Shown here: one piece after another, positions 15,461 through 24,853 of the stretch
Layout of the letters: each line of letters opens with the position of its first letter
Position numbering within the stretch: position 1 is the stretch's first letter
The notes under the pieces: model-generated
What the model was told of the DNA's origin: nothing
The model's database searches: none
The model's input: only the letters and a program-made list of their open reading frames with translations
Made by a program: the position numbers and the translations under genes
NCBI GenBank assembly: GCA_023249095.1
Contig: JAHFDK010000008.1
Coordinates: 9,322 to 73,321 of the forward strand
Source: Candidatus Rokuibacteriota bacterium
Lineage (GTDB): Bacteria; Methylomirabilota; Methylomirabilia; Rokubacteriales; CSP1-6
DNA: 64,000 nt
Direction: 5' to 3'

Positions 15461-15815
15461 TTGGACATCGGGGGCAGTTGACGGTCACGCCGCGGTCGAA
15501 GACCTCGGACGCCGCCGACTAGCTGAAGGCCATCAGGCTGGCTTTGGAGGACCTCGTACGCCGTGCTACCCGCGTCCCGGATGGAACGCCCGGCGCTGGT
15601 GCGTGACGGGTTGACCGCACTCGGCGCTGACTCGTGGCGACCTCGAGCCTGACCGTTCGGGCAGGTCTCCGGCCACGTGGACAACTCCGACAGGATTGCG
15701 GTAAGAGTTTGCGGATGTCGCCGGCCTCCTCGCCTACGACGTCGGGCGCCGTGACTCTGTATGTGAAGCCAGCCCAGCCGACCAAGGTCCGGAAACTTCG
15801 TGAACCGGAGGGGGG

Positions 15816-15824
15816 GTGGTAGGA
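15816..15824 (+). promoter_or_regulatory. Extended -10 element (TGgTAGGAT) upstream of rnj
   Basis: TGn-TAnnnT followed by an AAGGAG ribosome-binding site and GTG 15853. Confidence 0.5.
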
Positions 15825-15852
15825 TCAACCCGCCGTAAGGAAAGGAGTTTCC

Positions 15853-17508
15853 GTGGAGCCCGTCGTCCGCCTGATCCCCCTCGGTGGCCTCGGCGAGATC
15901 GGTCTCAACATGATGCTCGTCGAGTCCGGCGACGACTTGATCGCGATCGACTGTGGCCTCATGTTCCCCGACGACGAGCTGCCCGGGATCGACCACGTCA
16001 TTCCGGACTTCTCGTACGCGCTCGCCCGGCGCGCGGGGTTCCGCGCGGTCGTCCTGACCCACGGCCACGAGGATCACATCGGCGCGCTGCCGTATCTCCT
16101 CCGCGAGGCGACGGTGCCCGTGTACGGCACCCCCCTGACGCTGGCGCTGGTCGCGGAGCGGTTGCGCGAGCACGGGCTCGCCGAGGCGGCGGACCTCCGG
16201 ACCCTACGACCGCGCGAGCGCGTCGAAGCCGGCCCCTTCGGCATCGAGGCGATCCGCGTGACGCACTCGATCGTCGACGGTATCGGCCTGGCGATCGACA
16301 CGCCCGCCGGCACGGTCGTCCATACCGGCGACTTCAAGCTCGACCCAAGCCCACTCGACGGCGAGCTGCCCGACTACCGGCGGTTCGCCGAGCTGGGCGA
16401 GCAGGGGGTGCTCGTGCTCTGCTCCGACTCCACCAACGCGGACCGACCGGGCCACACGGGCTCGGAAGTGGAGGTGGGGCACGCGCTCGCCACGCGGTTC
16501 GACGGCGCGTCCGGGCGCATCATCGTCGCCACCTTCGCCTCGCACATCCATCGCGTCCAGCAAGTGCTCACGCTCGCGTCCCGCACGGGCCGGCGGGTCG
16601 CCCTGCTGGGCATGAGCATGCAGAGGAACGTGACGATCGCGGCGGAGCTCGGCTACCTGCGCGTGCCCGACGGCGTCCTCGTGCCGCTCGAGGAGCTGGA
16701 CGATCTTCCGGCGCATCGCCAGGTGATCCTCTCGACCGGCAGCCAGGGCGAGCCGCACTCGGCGCTGGCGCTCATGGCCGCGGAGGAACACAAGTACGTG
16801 CACGTCGAGCGCGGGGACCTCGTGATCATCTCCGCCCGGGTGATCCCGGGCCATGAGCGGACGATCAGCCGCGTCGTGAACGCGCTCTATCGCCTGGGCG
16901 CGGAGGTGCTGTACGAGGACAACGCCTTCGTCCACGTCTCCGGCCACGCGAGCCAGGAAGACCTCAAGCTGATGTTCAACCTGACGCGGCCCCGGTACTT
17001 CATCCCGGTTCACGGCGAGTACCGCCATCTCCTTGCCCACGCGCGGCTCGCCGAGAGCGTCGGGATCGGGCCTGACCGTGTCTTCCTGATCGAGGACGGC
17101 ATGGGCGTCGAGGTCTCGAAGACCACGGCGCGTCTGGTCGGCCGCTTCCCGGCCGGTCGCGTCCTGGTGGACGGCAAGTCGGTCGGCGACATCGGCGCCG
17201 TGGTCCTGCGTGACCGCCAGCTTCTCGCCGAGGACGGTCTGGTGGCGGTGTCGCTCGCCGTCGACCGCCACGGTGTGGTCGTCGCGGGCCCCGAGATCGC
17301 CTCGCGCGGGTTCGTCTACGTGAAGGAGAACGAGCCCCTCCTCGAGGAGCTGAAGAAGGCGGTCCTCGCGGCGCTCGCCGAACGCGACCCCGACGCCCCG
17401 TGGGACCGCGACCTCGTGGGCGCGACGGTGCGCTCGGCGGTCCGCCATTTCATCAATCAGCGCTTTCGCCGCAAGCCGGTCGTGCTGCCGATCATTCTGG
17501 AGGTCTGA
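15853..17508 (+). CDS. rnj: Ribonuclease J
   Basis: PLGGLGEIG, THGHEDHIG, HTGDFK, DSTN, HVSGHA, PVHGE. Confidence 0.96.
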   Translation: MEPVVRLIPLGGLGEIGLNMMLVESGDDLIAIDCGLMFPDDELPGIDHVIPDFSYALARRAGFRAVVLTHGHEDHIGALPYLLREATVPVYGTPLTLALVAERLREHGLAEAADLRTLRPRERVEAGPFGIEAIRVTHSIVDGIGLAIDTPAGTVVHTGDFKLDPSPLDGELPDYRRFAELGEQGVLVLCSDSTNADRPGHTGSEVEVGHALATRFDGASGRIIVATFASHIHRVQQVLTLASRTGRRVALLGMSMQRNVTIAAELGYLRVPDGVLVPLEELDDLPAHRQVILSTGSQGEPHSALALMAAEEHKYVHVERGDLVIISARVIPGHERTISRVVNALYRLGAEVLYEDNAFVHVSGHASQEDLKLMFNLTRPRYFIPVHGEYRHLLAHARLAESVGIGPDRVFLIEDGMGVEVSKTTARLVGRFPAGRVLVDGKSVGDIGAVVLRDRQLLAEDGLVAVSLAVDRHGVVVAGPEIASRGFVYVKENEPLLEELKKAVLAALAERDPDAPWDRDLVGATVRSAVRHFINQRFRRKPVVLPIILEV

Positions 17509-19673
17509 TGTCCACACTGGTCTCGACCGACCCCAAGCCCCGCCGGCGCCGCAAGCGCGGCAGCGACCGCTGGCTGAGCGAGGTGAAGGGCATCGTGGCG
17601 CTGCTCGCCGCGGGCTTCGGTCTGATCGCGCTCGCAACGTTCGACCCCGCCCTGACACCGGCCGAGCAGCATGGCTCGGCCGGACCCGTCGGCGTCTGGC
17701 TCGGCTGGGCGAGCTTCCAGTCCTTCGGCTACGCCAGCTTCCTCCTGCCGCTCCTGCTCGGCGCCTGGGGGGCGTCGGCGTTCCTGCGGCCGCTCGTGGT
17801 GCGCGGCTGGGTGCCGCTCGCCGGGCTGGCCGCGCTGCTCGTGAGCGCGGCCGGACTGCTCACGCAGACCACGAGCGCGGGGAGTGGCGCTGTCGGAGGC
17901 GGCGTCGTCGGCCGCGCGATCACCACCGTGCTCCACGCGGGCTTCGGCGATGTCGGTACCTGGCTCACGTTCGTCGCCGCGGTGCCGATCGGCGTGCTCT
18001 GCGTGACGCGTGTCTCGTACGCCGCCGTGGCGCGCGTCACGACGGCGCGACTCGCGAAGCTCCGGCGCCGCAAAGCTCTGCCGGCGTCCGCCGGGCGGGT
18101 GGCCGCGGAGCCGCCGCCGACCGCCGCCGGCGCGCTGGCGCCGGCCGAGCCCGAGATCGTCGCGCTGCCGGTGGTCGTCGAGCCCTCGCGCCCGCGCGGG
18201 CGCCTGGCCGAACAAGGACTCGCCTGGCAGGAGACCTTCGACTTCGGCGGCGGCGGCGCCGAGGCCTTCCAGCTCCCACCGGTGGGGCTTCTCAAGGTGC
18301 CGCCGGCGACCGAGCTCAAGCGCACCCGCGAGGAGCTGCAAGACAACGCCGAGACGATCCGGAGAAAGCTCCAGGACTTCGAGGTCGAGGGACGGATCGT
18401 CCAGGTGAGCCCGGGGCCGATCATCACCTCGTACGAGTTCGAGCCCGCGCCCGGAGTCAAGATCAGCCAGGTCGTGAATCTCGGCGACGACCTGGCGCTC
18501 GCGCTGAAATCCGCCTCCGTCAGGATCGTGGGGCCGATTCCCGGCCGGGGCACCGTCGCGATCGAGGTGCCGAACTCCGAGGCGGTGACCGTCTACCTGC
18601 GCGAGATCTTCGTCTCCGCGGAGTTCGCCGAATTCAAGGGACGCCTGCCGTTGGCCCTCGGCAAGGACGTGACGGGCACGCCCGTCGTCGCGGATCTGAC
18701 CGCCATGCCCCATCTGCTGGTCGCGGGCGCCACCGGCAGCGGCAAATCGGTCGGCCTCAACTCGATGATCTGCTCGATCCTTTACAAGACCACGCCGGCC
18801 GACGTGCGGTTCCTCCTGATCGATCCCAAGCGCCTGGAGCTCAGCGTGTACGAGGGGATTCCGCACTTGCTGGCGCCGGTGGTCACTGACTCGAAGGAAG
18901 CGGCGGCGCGCCTGCGCTGGATCGTCGGCAAGATGGACGAGCGGTACAAGACCTTGCAGACCAAGCAGGTCCGGTCCATCGAGGGCTACAACAAGGCCGT
19001 CGGCCCGGAGGAGCACCTTCCCTACTGGGTCGTCGTCGTGGACGAGCTGGCCGACCTCATGGTGGTGTCGGCGGGCGAGGTCCAGACCTCGCTGGTGCGC
19101 CTCGCCCAGATCGCGCGGGCGGTCGGGATCCACCTGATCATCGCGACGCAGCGGCCGTCGGTCGACGTCGTGACCGGGTTGATCAAGGCGAACTTCCCGA
19201 CGCGGATCGCCTTTCAGGTCGCGTCGAAGGTCGATTCGCGGACCGTGCTGGACGGGAATGGGGCCGAGCAGCTGCTGGGCCGCGGCGACATGATATTCGT
19301 GCCGCCCGGGGCGAACAAGCAGATGCGCGTGCACGGGGCCTGGGTCGGCGACGACGAGGTCCGGGCGGTCTGCGATTTTCTCCGCCGCCAGGGCACCGCG
19401 GTCTACGAGGAGGTCGTGCTGGCGACCGAGGAGGAGGTCGCGGCCGGCGCCGGCGCCGAGCGCGACGATCTGTACTGGGACGCCGTGCACCTCGTGATCG
19501 GCCAGCACCAGGCCTCGATCTCATTCCTGCAGCGGCGGATGCGGCTCGGGTATCCGAAGGCCGCGCGATTCGTCGATATGATGGAGCAGGACCGGATCAT
19601 CGGCCCGGGCGACGGCGCCAAGCCCCGCGAGGTCCTCGTCGGCCCCGAGTATCTCGCCAAGCGCGGGAAGTGA
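17508..19673 (+). CDS. ftsK: DNA translocase FtsK
   Basis: 4TM N-terminus, MPHLLVAGATGSGKS, DELADLM, ATQRPS, gamma domain SISFLQRR. Confidence 0.96.
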   Translation: MSTLVSTDPKPRRRRKRGSDRWLSEVKGIVALLAAGFGLIALATFDPALTPAEQHGSAGPVGVWLGWASFQSFGYASFLLPLLLGAWGASAFLRPLVVRGWVPLAGLAALLVSAAGLLTQTTSAGSGAVGGGVVGRAITTVLHAGFGDVGTWLTFVAAVPIGVLCVTRVSYAAVARVTTARLAKLRRRKALPASAGRVAAEPPPTAAGALAPAEPEIVALPVVVEPSRPRGRLAEQGLAWQETFDFGGGGAEAFQLPPVGLLKVPPATELKRTREELQDNAETIRRKLQDFEVEGRIVQVSPGPIITSYEFEPAPGVKISQVVNLGDDLALALKSASVRIVGPIPGRGTVAIEVPNSEAVTVYLREIFVSAEFAEFKGRLPLALGKDVTGTPVVADLTAMPHLLVAGATGSGKSVGLNSMICSILYKTTPADVRFLLIDPKRLELSVYEGIPHLLAPVVTDSKEAAARLRWIVGKMDERYKTLQTKQVRSIEGYNKAVGPEEHLPYWVVVVDELADLMVVSAGEVQTSLVRLAQIARAVGIHLIIATQRPSVDVVTGLIKANFPTRIAFQVASKVDSRTVLDGNGAEQLLGRGDMIFVPPGANKQMRVHGAWVGDDEVRAVCDFLRRQGTAVYEEVVLATEEEVAAGAGAERDDLYWDAVHLVIGQHQASISFLQRRMRLGYPKAARFVDMMEQDRIIGPGDGAKPREVLVGPEYLAKRGK

Positions 19674-19700
19674 CCCTCGCCTGACGCGGGCCCGGCGGAC

Positions 19701-19808
19701 TCAGCGTCCGCCGCGAGGCTTCGTGGGCCAGACGAGGTCGAGCACCCCGAGGACCAGGAGCCCGCAGGCGCCGAGCGTCGCAAGCAGGATCGCGGCCTCT
19801 TCGCGCAT
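19701..19808 (-). CDS. Putative small single-TM protein (35 aa)
   Basis: MREEAAILLATLGACGLLVLGVLDLVWPTKPRGGR; hydrophobic helix with a basic tail; GC3-rich codons; fills the gap downstream of DUF4139. Confidence 0.45.
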   Translation of the reverse strand: MREEAAILLATLGACGLLVLGVLDLVWPTKPRGGR

Positions 19809-19869
19809 CCACAGGTCCACGGTCACGATTGAAGCGGATGGGCGCCGCGACCACCAAGGGAATTCGCAC

Positions 19870-21279
19870 CTAGTACCGGATCCGGACACGATACGTGAGC
19901 TTGGCGGCCCCCTCTTTCGGCACCGGGATCTGGTACTTCAGCGTGTGGGCCTGGATCTTCTCGTACTGATGGCTCGAGGCCAGGACCTGCCAGTCGCCCG
20001 GCACGGGCTCGATGACGGTGACGGTCTGGGCCGCGGTCTTGTGGTTCCGGAGGCTGATCTCCCACTCGATTTCGTAGAGGTTCGAGGCGAGCTTCTTGAA
20101 ATCCTTCTGCGTGCGCTCGCCGACCAGGTCGAAGGCGTTGCCCATCTTGATCTTCACGCGCTCGTCCTTCGGCGTGTGGTCGATCCAGTCCTCGCCGATG
20201 AACTGCTGGCTGCCCGAGCCATCGGCCTTGTAGACGCGGATCTTGCCCTTCGGCAGCGGCAGGCCCAGGCGGTTCTCCTTGCTGTTCTTGACCTCGAGGT
20301 AGACCGCGATCTTCTGGTTCGAGACCGGCACGCCGTAGGCGTTGCGATAGTAGTCCTGCGCGCCGTAGTAGATGAGCTCCTTCGTGATCGGCACCTCGCT
20401 CGCCGCCAGGAGCGAGAGTTGCTTGGTCTGGTTGTCCTTGATGGTCGTGCGGCCGTCGAGCGAGTAGAGGTGGTACTCGAAGAACCCTTCGGACTTGAAG
20501 TCGCGACTCGCGTCGGCCGGACTCTGCGCCTTGGCCGCCATCTCCAGCAGGCGCCCGTCGCGGCGCGGATCCGGCGCCCGGTTCACGTCGCCGGCCACGA
20601 GCTTCAGCGCGGCGTTGCCGTAGGTCGCGCCGCTCTTGTTGTCGATCGTCACCCAGCCCGTGAGGTCGGAGAGCGTGTCGGCGGCGTTGAGCACCATGAC
20701 GTAGTCGGCCTTCCACGTGATGCCGCTCGTGAGGTACGACGCTTCAATGCGCTGCGGCCGCGCCGTCTGGTTGCGGAGGAGCCACACGAGCGTGGGCTTG
20801 GCCACGAGGTTCTCGGGCAGCGAGGGCAGGACGAGCCGGCCGTAGTGGCCCATGTGAATCTGGCCGTTGATCTCGAAGACCGGCCCGTTGGTCGAGAGCA
20901 GCGTCGCCTCGTGGAAGGTGCCGTCGCCCTGGTAGAGGCGGACCTTCCGGCCGACGTACTTCTCCATGAGCTTCTGGCTCGTTAAGAGATCGTACTCGTA
21001 GTTCTGCTCGAGGATCTTGAGCCCCTGCGCATCGGTGAGCGATTTGAGGTGCACAGTGGTCGGATCGATCAGCGCGGCCACGTCCATGAACTGCACCTCG
21101 CTCATCCCGGCGGGCAGGCGGGCCTCGCGCAGGTCTTTCACGAGGCCGAGGTTACCGTTGTAGATCGTCACCATGACCTCGCGCTGGTCGTCGCGCGTGA
21201 CGCTCACGGGCGCCGCGGCCGCCAGCGGCCCCGTCGAGAGCACGAAGGCCAGGGTCAGAGCCATCAGTCGCTTCTTCAT
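19870..21279 (-). CDS. Exported DUF4139 domain-containing protein
   Basis: Signal peptide MKKRLMALT..; VTIYNGNLGLVKD, EQNYEYDL, SYLTSGITWKADY, LVAGDVN, PLPKGKIRVY; GGGAGG RBS. Confidence 0.88.
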   Translation of the reverse strand: MKKRLMALTLAFVLSTGPLAAAAPVSVTRDDQREVMVTIYNGNLGLVKDLREARLPAGMSEVQFMDVAALIDPTTVHLKSLTDAQGLKILEQNYEYDLLTSQKLMEKYVGRKVRLYQGDGTFHEATLLSTNGPVFEINGQIHMGHYGRLVLPSLPENLVAKPTLVWLLRNQTARPQRIEASYLTSGITWKADYVMVLNAADTLSDLTGWVTIDNKSGATYGNAALKLVAGDVNRAPDPRRDGRLLEMAAKAQSPADASRDFKSEGFFEYHLYSLDGRTTIKDNQTKQLSLLAASEVPITKELIYYGAQDYYRNAYGVPVSNQKIAVYLEVKNSKENRLGLPLPKGKIRVYKADGSGSQQFIGEDWIDHTPKDERVKIKMGNAFDLVGERTQKDFKKLASNLYEIEWEISLRNHKTAAQTVTVIEPVPGDWQVLASSHQYEKIQAHTLKYQIPVPKEGAAKLTYRVRIRY

Positions 21280-21322
21280 CGATGCGTTCCTCCCGATCTT
21301 CCGGATTTGTCCACCTGTCGAG

Positions 21323-21350
21323 TTAGACCGGAGGAGGTGAGGAAAGTTCC
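21323..21350 (-). promoter_or_regulatory. ECF (RpoE-type) promoter GGAACTT-N16-TCTAA upstream of DUF4139
   Basis: Matches the sigmaE-type consensus; a second copy with the same spacing precedes the sigma gene. Confidence 0.75.
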
Positions 21351-21370
21351 CGGCGAGGGCGTCCAGGCGA

Positions 21371-22366
21371 TCAGCCGGTAATACGCAGACCGATGCGGAC
21401 CCGGGCGGGGAGCTCGGTGGGCTCGCGGGTGGGCTGCCAGCGACCGAGGCGCGCGAGCTCACGGGCGAACTCTGCGTACGCTTCGCGGGGGATCGTGAGC
21501 TCGACGATCGACCCCTCGGGCCCCGAATGCCGCCTGTCCTCGACGCCGCCGAGTCGCGCGACCAACTCGGCGAGGGCGCGCAGGGCCGCATCACGGTCGT
21601 TCACCGCCAGGCCGCCCGAGACGTCGGGCGGTGCGAACGACGCCGCGGTGGGGGGCGTTGCCGCCTGCCGCCGGGCCTTGAGCGCATCGGCGGCCGACTC
21701 CGGCGCCGCTGGTGCCTGGCTCTCCCTTGTCTCGAGCACGCGCCCGGACCGCGCCGGCGGCGCTTCGGTCTTGCCGCCGGCCACCGTCCCCGCCGAGGGC
21801 GCCGGCTCGGCGTCTCTTTGGAAGTTCTGGCGGTCCCGGCGCTGCTCGGTGTCGCCAGACGTGTCTCTCGAGTCGGTTGGCCGCTGAACATTCTCCGCGC
21901 GGGCCCGGGACGGCGCCGGCGCGTCTTTCTTCTCGAACGACCTCTCGGAAGGTTGCGGCGTGGCAGCGCGCGGCGCCTCGGCCACCGTCGGCGCCGGCGA
22001 CTCGAGACGGGCCGCCTGTTGGAGCTCGGGTGTGGCCTGATACAAGTAGACGACGCCGACCGTGACCAGGACGACGGCAGCGGCCTCGACCGGCAGCTTC
22101 ACCGGCCAGGGAAAGAACAGCGCGCGGAGCAGGCGCCGCGGCCAGGACGCCGGTCGCGTGGCCTCTAGCACCCGATCGACGAACCCCGCCGGCGCGCGCG
22201 CCGGCTCGACCGCGCGCAGCAGCGCGACGGTGTCCCGGACCCGCTGGAGGTCACGGCGGCAGTCGACGCAGGCCGCCAGATGAGCGTCGAGCGCGTCGCG
22301 TTCGGCGGCGCCGAGCGCGTCGTCCACCAGCGCCGAGAGCAGCTCACGCGCCTCGTGGCAGGTCAT
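21371..22366 (-). CDS. Zinc-finger (zf-HC2) transmembrane anti-sigma factor
   Basis: MTC..HLAACVDC (HxxxCxxC), one TM helix, low-complexity linker, small C-terminal domain; overlaps the sigma stop. Confidence 0.88.
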   Translation of the reverse strand: MTCHEARELLSALVDDALGAAERDALDAHLAACVDCRRDLQRVRDTVALLRAVEPARAPAGFVDRVLEATRPASWPRRLLRALFFPWPVKLPVEAAAVVLVTVGVVYLYQATPELQQAARLESPAPTVAEAPRAATPQPSERSFEKKDAPAPSRARAENVQRPTDSRDTSGDTEQRRDRQNFQRDAEPAPSAGTVAGGKTEAPPARSGRVLETRESQAPAAPESAADALKARRQAATPPTAASFAPPDVSGGLAVNDRDAALRALAELVARLGGVEDRRHSGPEGSIVELTIPREAYAEFARELARLGRWQPTREPTELPARVRIGLRITG

Positions 22367-22920
22367 GGCAGGAATCTCTCGAGCTTCTCCTTCAGGTCCA
22401 TCCGTGCCCGGTGCAATCGCGACCTCACCGTGCCGAGCTCCAGCTCGAGCGCCGCCGCGATCTCCTCGTAGGAGAGGCCCTCGAGGTCGCGGAGCACGAC
22501 CACGATCCGGCGCTCCTCGGGAAGCTCGGCGATCGCGCGGTGCAGCGCCGTCTCCAGCTCGCTTCGCTCCAGCTCGGCGGCGGGGCTGGCATGGCTGGAC
22601 GCCAGGCGCGTCAGCGTCTCTTCACCTTCGCGAATCATCCGTCGCTCGCTCGACGCCAGGCGGTTCAAGCACAACCGCGAGGCGATCGTGTAGAGCCACG
22701 TCGAGAGCTTCGCGTCGCCCCGAAACTCGGCGATGGCGCCGTGGACCCGGACAAACACCTCCTGGGCGAGGTCCTCGGCCTCCGCCCGGCTGCCCAGCAT
22801 CCGGAGCGCCACGCTGAAGACGCGATGCTGGTAGGCGATCACCAGGTCCTCGAAGGCCCCAGGGTCGCCCCGCCGGAGCCGATCCACCAGGTGGGAGTCA
22901 TCACCGGTCCGCCCTTCCAT
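22363..22920 (-). CDS. ECF RNA polymerase sigma factor (RpoE/SigW-like)
   Basis: AEDLAQEVF, FRGDAKLSTWLYTIA, EGLSYEEIA, GTVRSRLHRAR. Confidence 0.95.
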   Translation of the reverse strand: MEGRTGDDSHLVDRLRRGDPGAFEDLVIAYQHRVFSVALRMLGSRAEAEDLAQEVFVRVHGAIAEFRGDAKLSTWLYTIASRLCLNRLASSERRMIREGEETLTRLASSHASPAAELERSELETALHRAIAELPEERRIVVVLRDLEGLSYEEIAAALELELGTVRSRLHRARMDLKEKLERFLP

Positions 22921-22924
22921 CCAG

Positions 22925-22952
22925 TTAGACCATACCGCCCGCGATGGGTTCC
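22925..22952 (-). promoter_or_regulatory. ECF autoregulatory promoter GGAACCC-N16-TCTAA
   Basis: Same layout as 21323-21350; ends 4 nt before the sigma ATG. Confidence 0.7.
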
Positions 22953-23079
22953 CCTCCGTCGAAATTCGACGAGCGCTGTCCGGGGGCGGACTCGTTGCGC
23001 GCGCTCGGGGGTGGGCTCATACTGCCGGCGGCCGCGGCGCCGCCGGGACGGTCGCGGACGGCTGGACAAGAGGTTGCGC

Positions 23080-23439
23080 ATGCTCGACGACGAACGCGCG
23101 CGAGAGTTCGCCGGTGCATGGGTGCAGGCGTGGAATGCCCGCGATCTCGACAGGATCATGACGCACTACGAGGACGACGTGGTGCTGGTCTCGCCGGTCG
23201 CCGCCAGAATCCTCGACGATCCCTCCGGCACCGTATCGGGAAAGGCCGCGCTCCGATCCTATTTCCAGCGAGGGCTGGACGTGTACCCGAATCTCACGTT
23301 CGAGCTTCTGGATGTCATGTGGGGACTCCATAGCGTGGTTCTCTATTACGTCAACCAGAAGGGATCGCGAACCGGCGAATACATGGAATTCGGCCCGACC
23401 GGCAAAGTATCGAGGGTCGTCGCCAACTACAACGGGTGA
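23080..23439 (+). CDS. SnoaL/NTF2-like protein
   Basis: FAGAWVQAWNARDLDRIMTHY, GKAALRSYF; 119 aa. Confidence 0.85.
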   Translation: MLDDERAREFAGAWVQAWNARDLDRIMTHYEDDVVLVSPVAARILDDPSGTVSGKAALRSYFQRGLDVYPNLTFELLDVMWGLHSVVLYYVNQKGSRTGEYMEFGPTGKVSRVVANYNG

Positions 23440-23451
23440 GCGAGCGACATC

Positions 23452-23834
23452 GTGACCGACGACGAAGGGCAGATTCGCCAGCTGATCGCGCGGTTCGCGA
23501 ACGCGTTCGACCTGAAGGCGTGGGACGCGCTGAGGAATTGTCGCTACGACGTCGAGCGCTGGACAGCCTCAAGACCCACCATCTGGCCGGCAACGCTGAA
23601 ATCACTGTCGAGGGTGCCCGCGGGCGATGCCGGACATCGATGGTCATCTGGCGACGAGACGAGCGCGGCGGCGCATTCGACACGCATTGCCTGTACTTCT
23701 TCGAGGTCGCCAAGGCCGAGGACGGGTGGCATATCTCGGCGATCACCCAGAAGGTGCTGTGGAACGACGGCGATCCGACCGTCCACGCGGGGGTGCCAGA
23801 CGTGACGTCGGCCGGCGGCCGTGTCAGCGCGTGA
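23452..23834 (+). pseudogene. NTF2/SnoaL-like gene broken by a frameshift or internal deletion near 23541
   Basis: N-part MTDDEGQIRQLIARFANAFDLKAWDAL is in one frame; C-part THHLAGNAEI..GWHISAITQKVLWNDG is in another. Confidence 0.7.
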
Positions 23835-24738
23835 GGCCGACCTCGCGGAGGTAGCGCAGCACGCCCGGATGGATGCGGTCAGTGCGCGGCGCCGCGGCCA
23901 GCGTGTTGGCGGCGGTGGTCTCGCGCGCCTGTGGCAGGCGCCCGGCGAGCGCGGGCTCACCCCGGTGGAGCGCCCGCGCCAGGCGATGGACCACGCCGTC
24001 GGGGAGATCCGGGCGCGCAAGGACGAAGCTCCACGAGCCGACCGAGGCGAGCGGTGCCTCGAGACCCGGATAGACGCCGGCGGGGACCGTCATCGGCTTG
24101 AGGAAGGCGTGCTTCGCGAGGATCCGCGCGATGCCCGCGGCGTCCGGCGCGATGAAGCGCCCGCCGGCCGGTCCCTGCGCGACCGCCACGAATCCCGGCC
24201 AGCCCTGGCCTCCGCCCCACAGCGCCGCGACGCGCCCGTCGAGCACCATCGCCGGCCCGTCGCCCGCCCGGTCGAGGTACACGGCCTGGAAGTCGCGCTC
24301 CTGGTCGAGGCCGAGCCCGTCGAGCACGTACTTGGCGAGGATGACCAACCCCGAGCCGCGGGCGCCGAAGGCGACGGGCTTGCCGCGCAGATCGTGGACT
24401 CTCCGGTGAGGGCTGTCGGCGCGCACCACGAACATCCCCGGCGTCGAGTACATCGCCGCGACGATTTTCAGATCAGCCGGTGATCGGCCGATCCCGTTGA
24501 ACGCCTCGTGGGCGACCTCGCCCTGGACGAGCGCGATGTCGAGCTGTCCGGCCTCGAGGAGCGGGACGTTCTCGGTGCTTCCCTTGGTGTTCCGCTGCTC
24601 GATCACGAGCGTGGGCTCGGTCTCGTGCACGGTGTCGGCGAAGGCCGCGCCGTACACGGGAAAGCCGCCGCCCGGTGTCGCGGTCCCCAGCACGACGACC
24701 GTCTTTTGCCCCGCCGAGCCCCCCACCGCGATCGACAT
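23824..24738 (-). CDS. TAXI family TRAP transporter solute-binding protein
   Basis: GTATPGGGFPVYG, TKGSTENV, DLRGKPVAFGARGSG, IHPGVLRY. Confidence 0.9.
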   Translation of the reverse strand: MSIAVGGSAGQKTVVVLGTATPGGGFPVYGAAFADTVHETEPTLVIEQRNTKGSTENVPLLEAGQLDIALVQGEVAHEAFNGIGRSPADLKIVAAMYSTPGMFVVRADSPHRRVHDLRGKPVAFGARGSGLVILAKYVLDGLGLDQERDFQAVYLDRAGDGPAMVLDGRVAALWGGGQGWPGFVAVAQGPAGGRFIAPDAAGIARILAKHAFLKPMTVPAGVYPGLEAPLASVGSWSFVLARPDLPDGVVHRLARALHRGEPALAGRLPQARETTAANTLAAAPRTDRIHPGVLRYLREVGLTR

Positions 24739-24853
24739 GGCGGATACCCTATCACGTCCTCGCGCTATACTCGCGCGGGGCGGTGCGCGCCGCCGGCCGT
24801 CGCGGGGCTGGGGCCCCGCCGGCCGAGGCGCCGCTACAAAGTGAGGAAGACCG

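Noticed and set aside
15461..15850. tmRNA, SRP RNA or group II intron
   Set aside because: No tRNA-like ends, SRP GGAA-loop domain or domain V motif found
21336..21352. RNase P RNA (GAGGAAAGT motif)
   Set aside because: The gap is only ~90 nt with no 3' P4 partner; better explained as an ECF promoter on the minus strand
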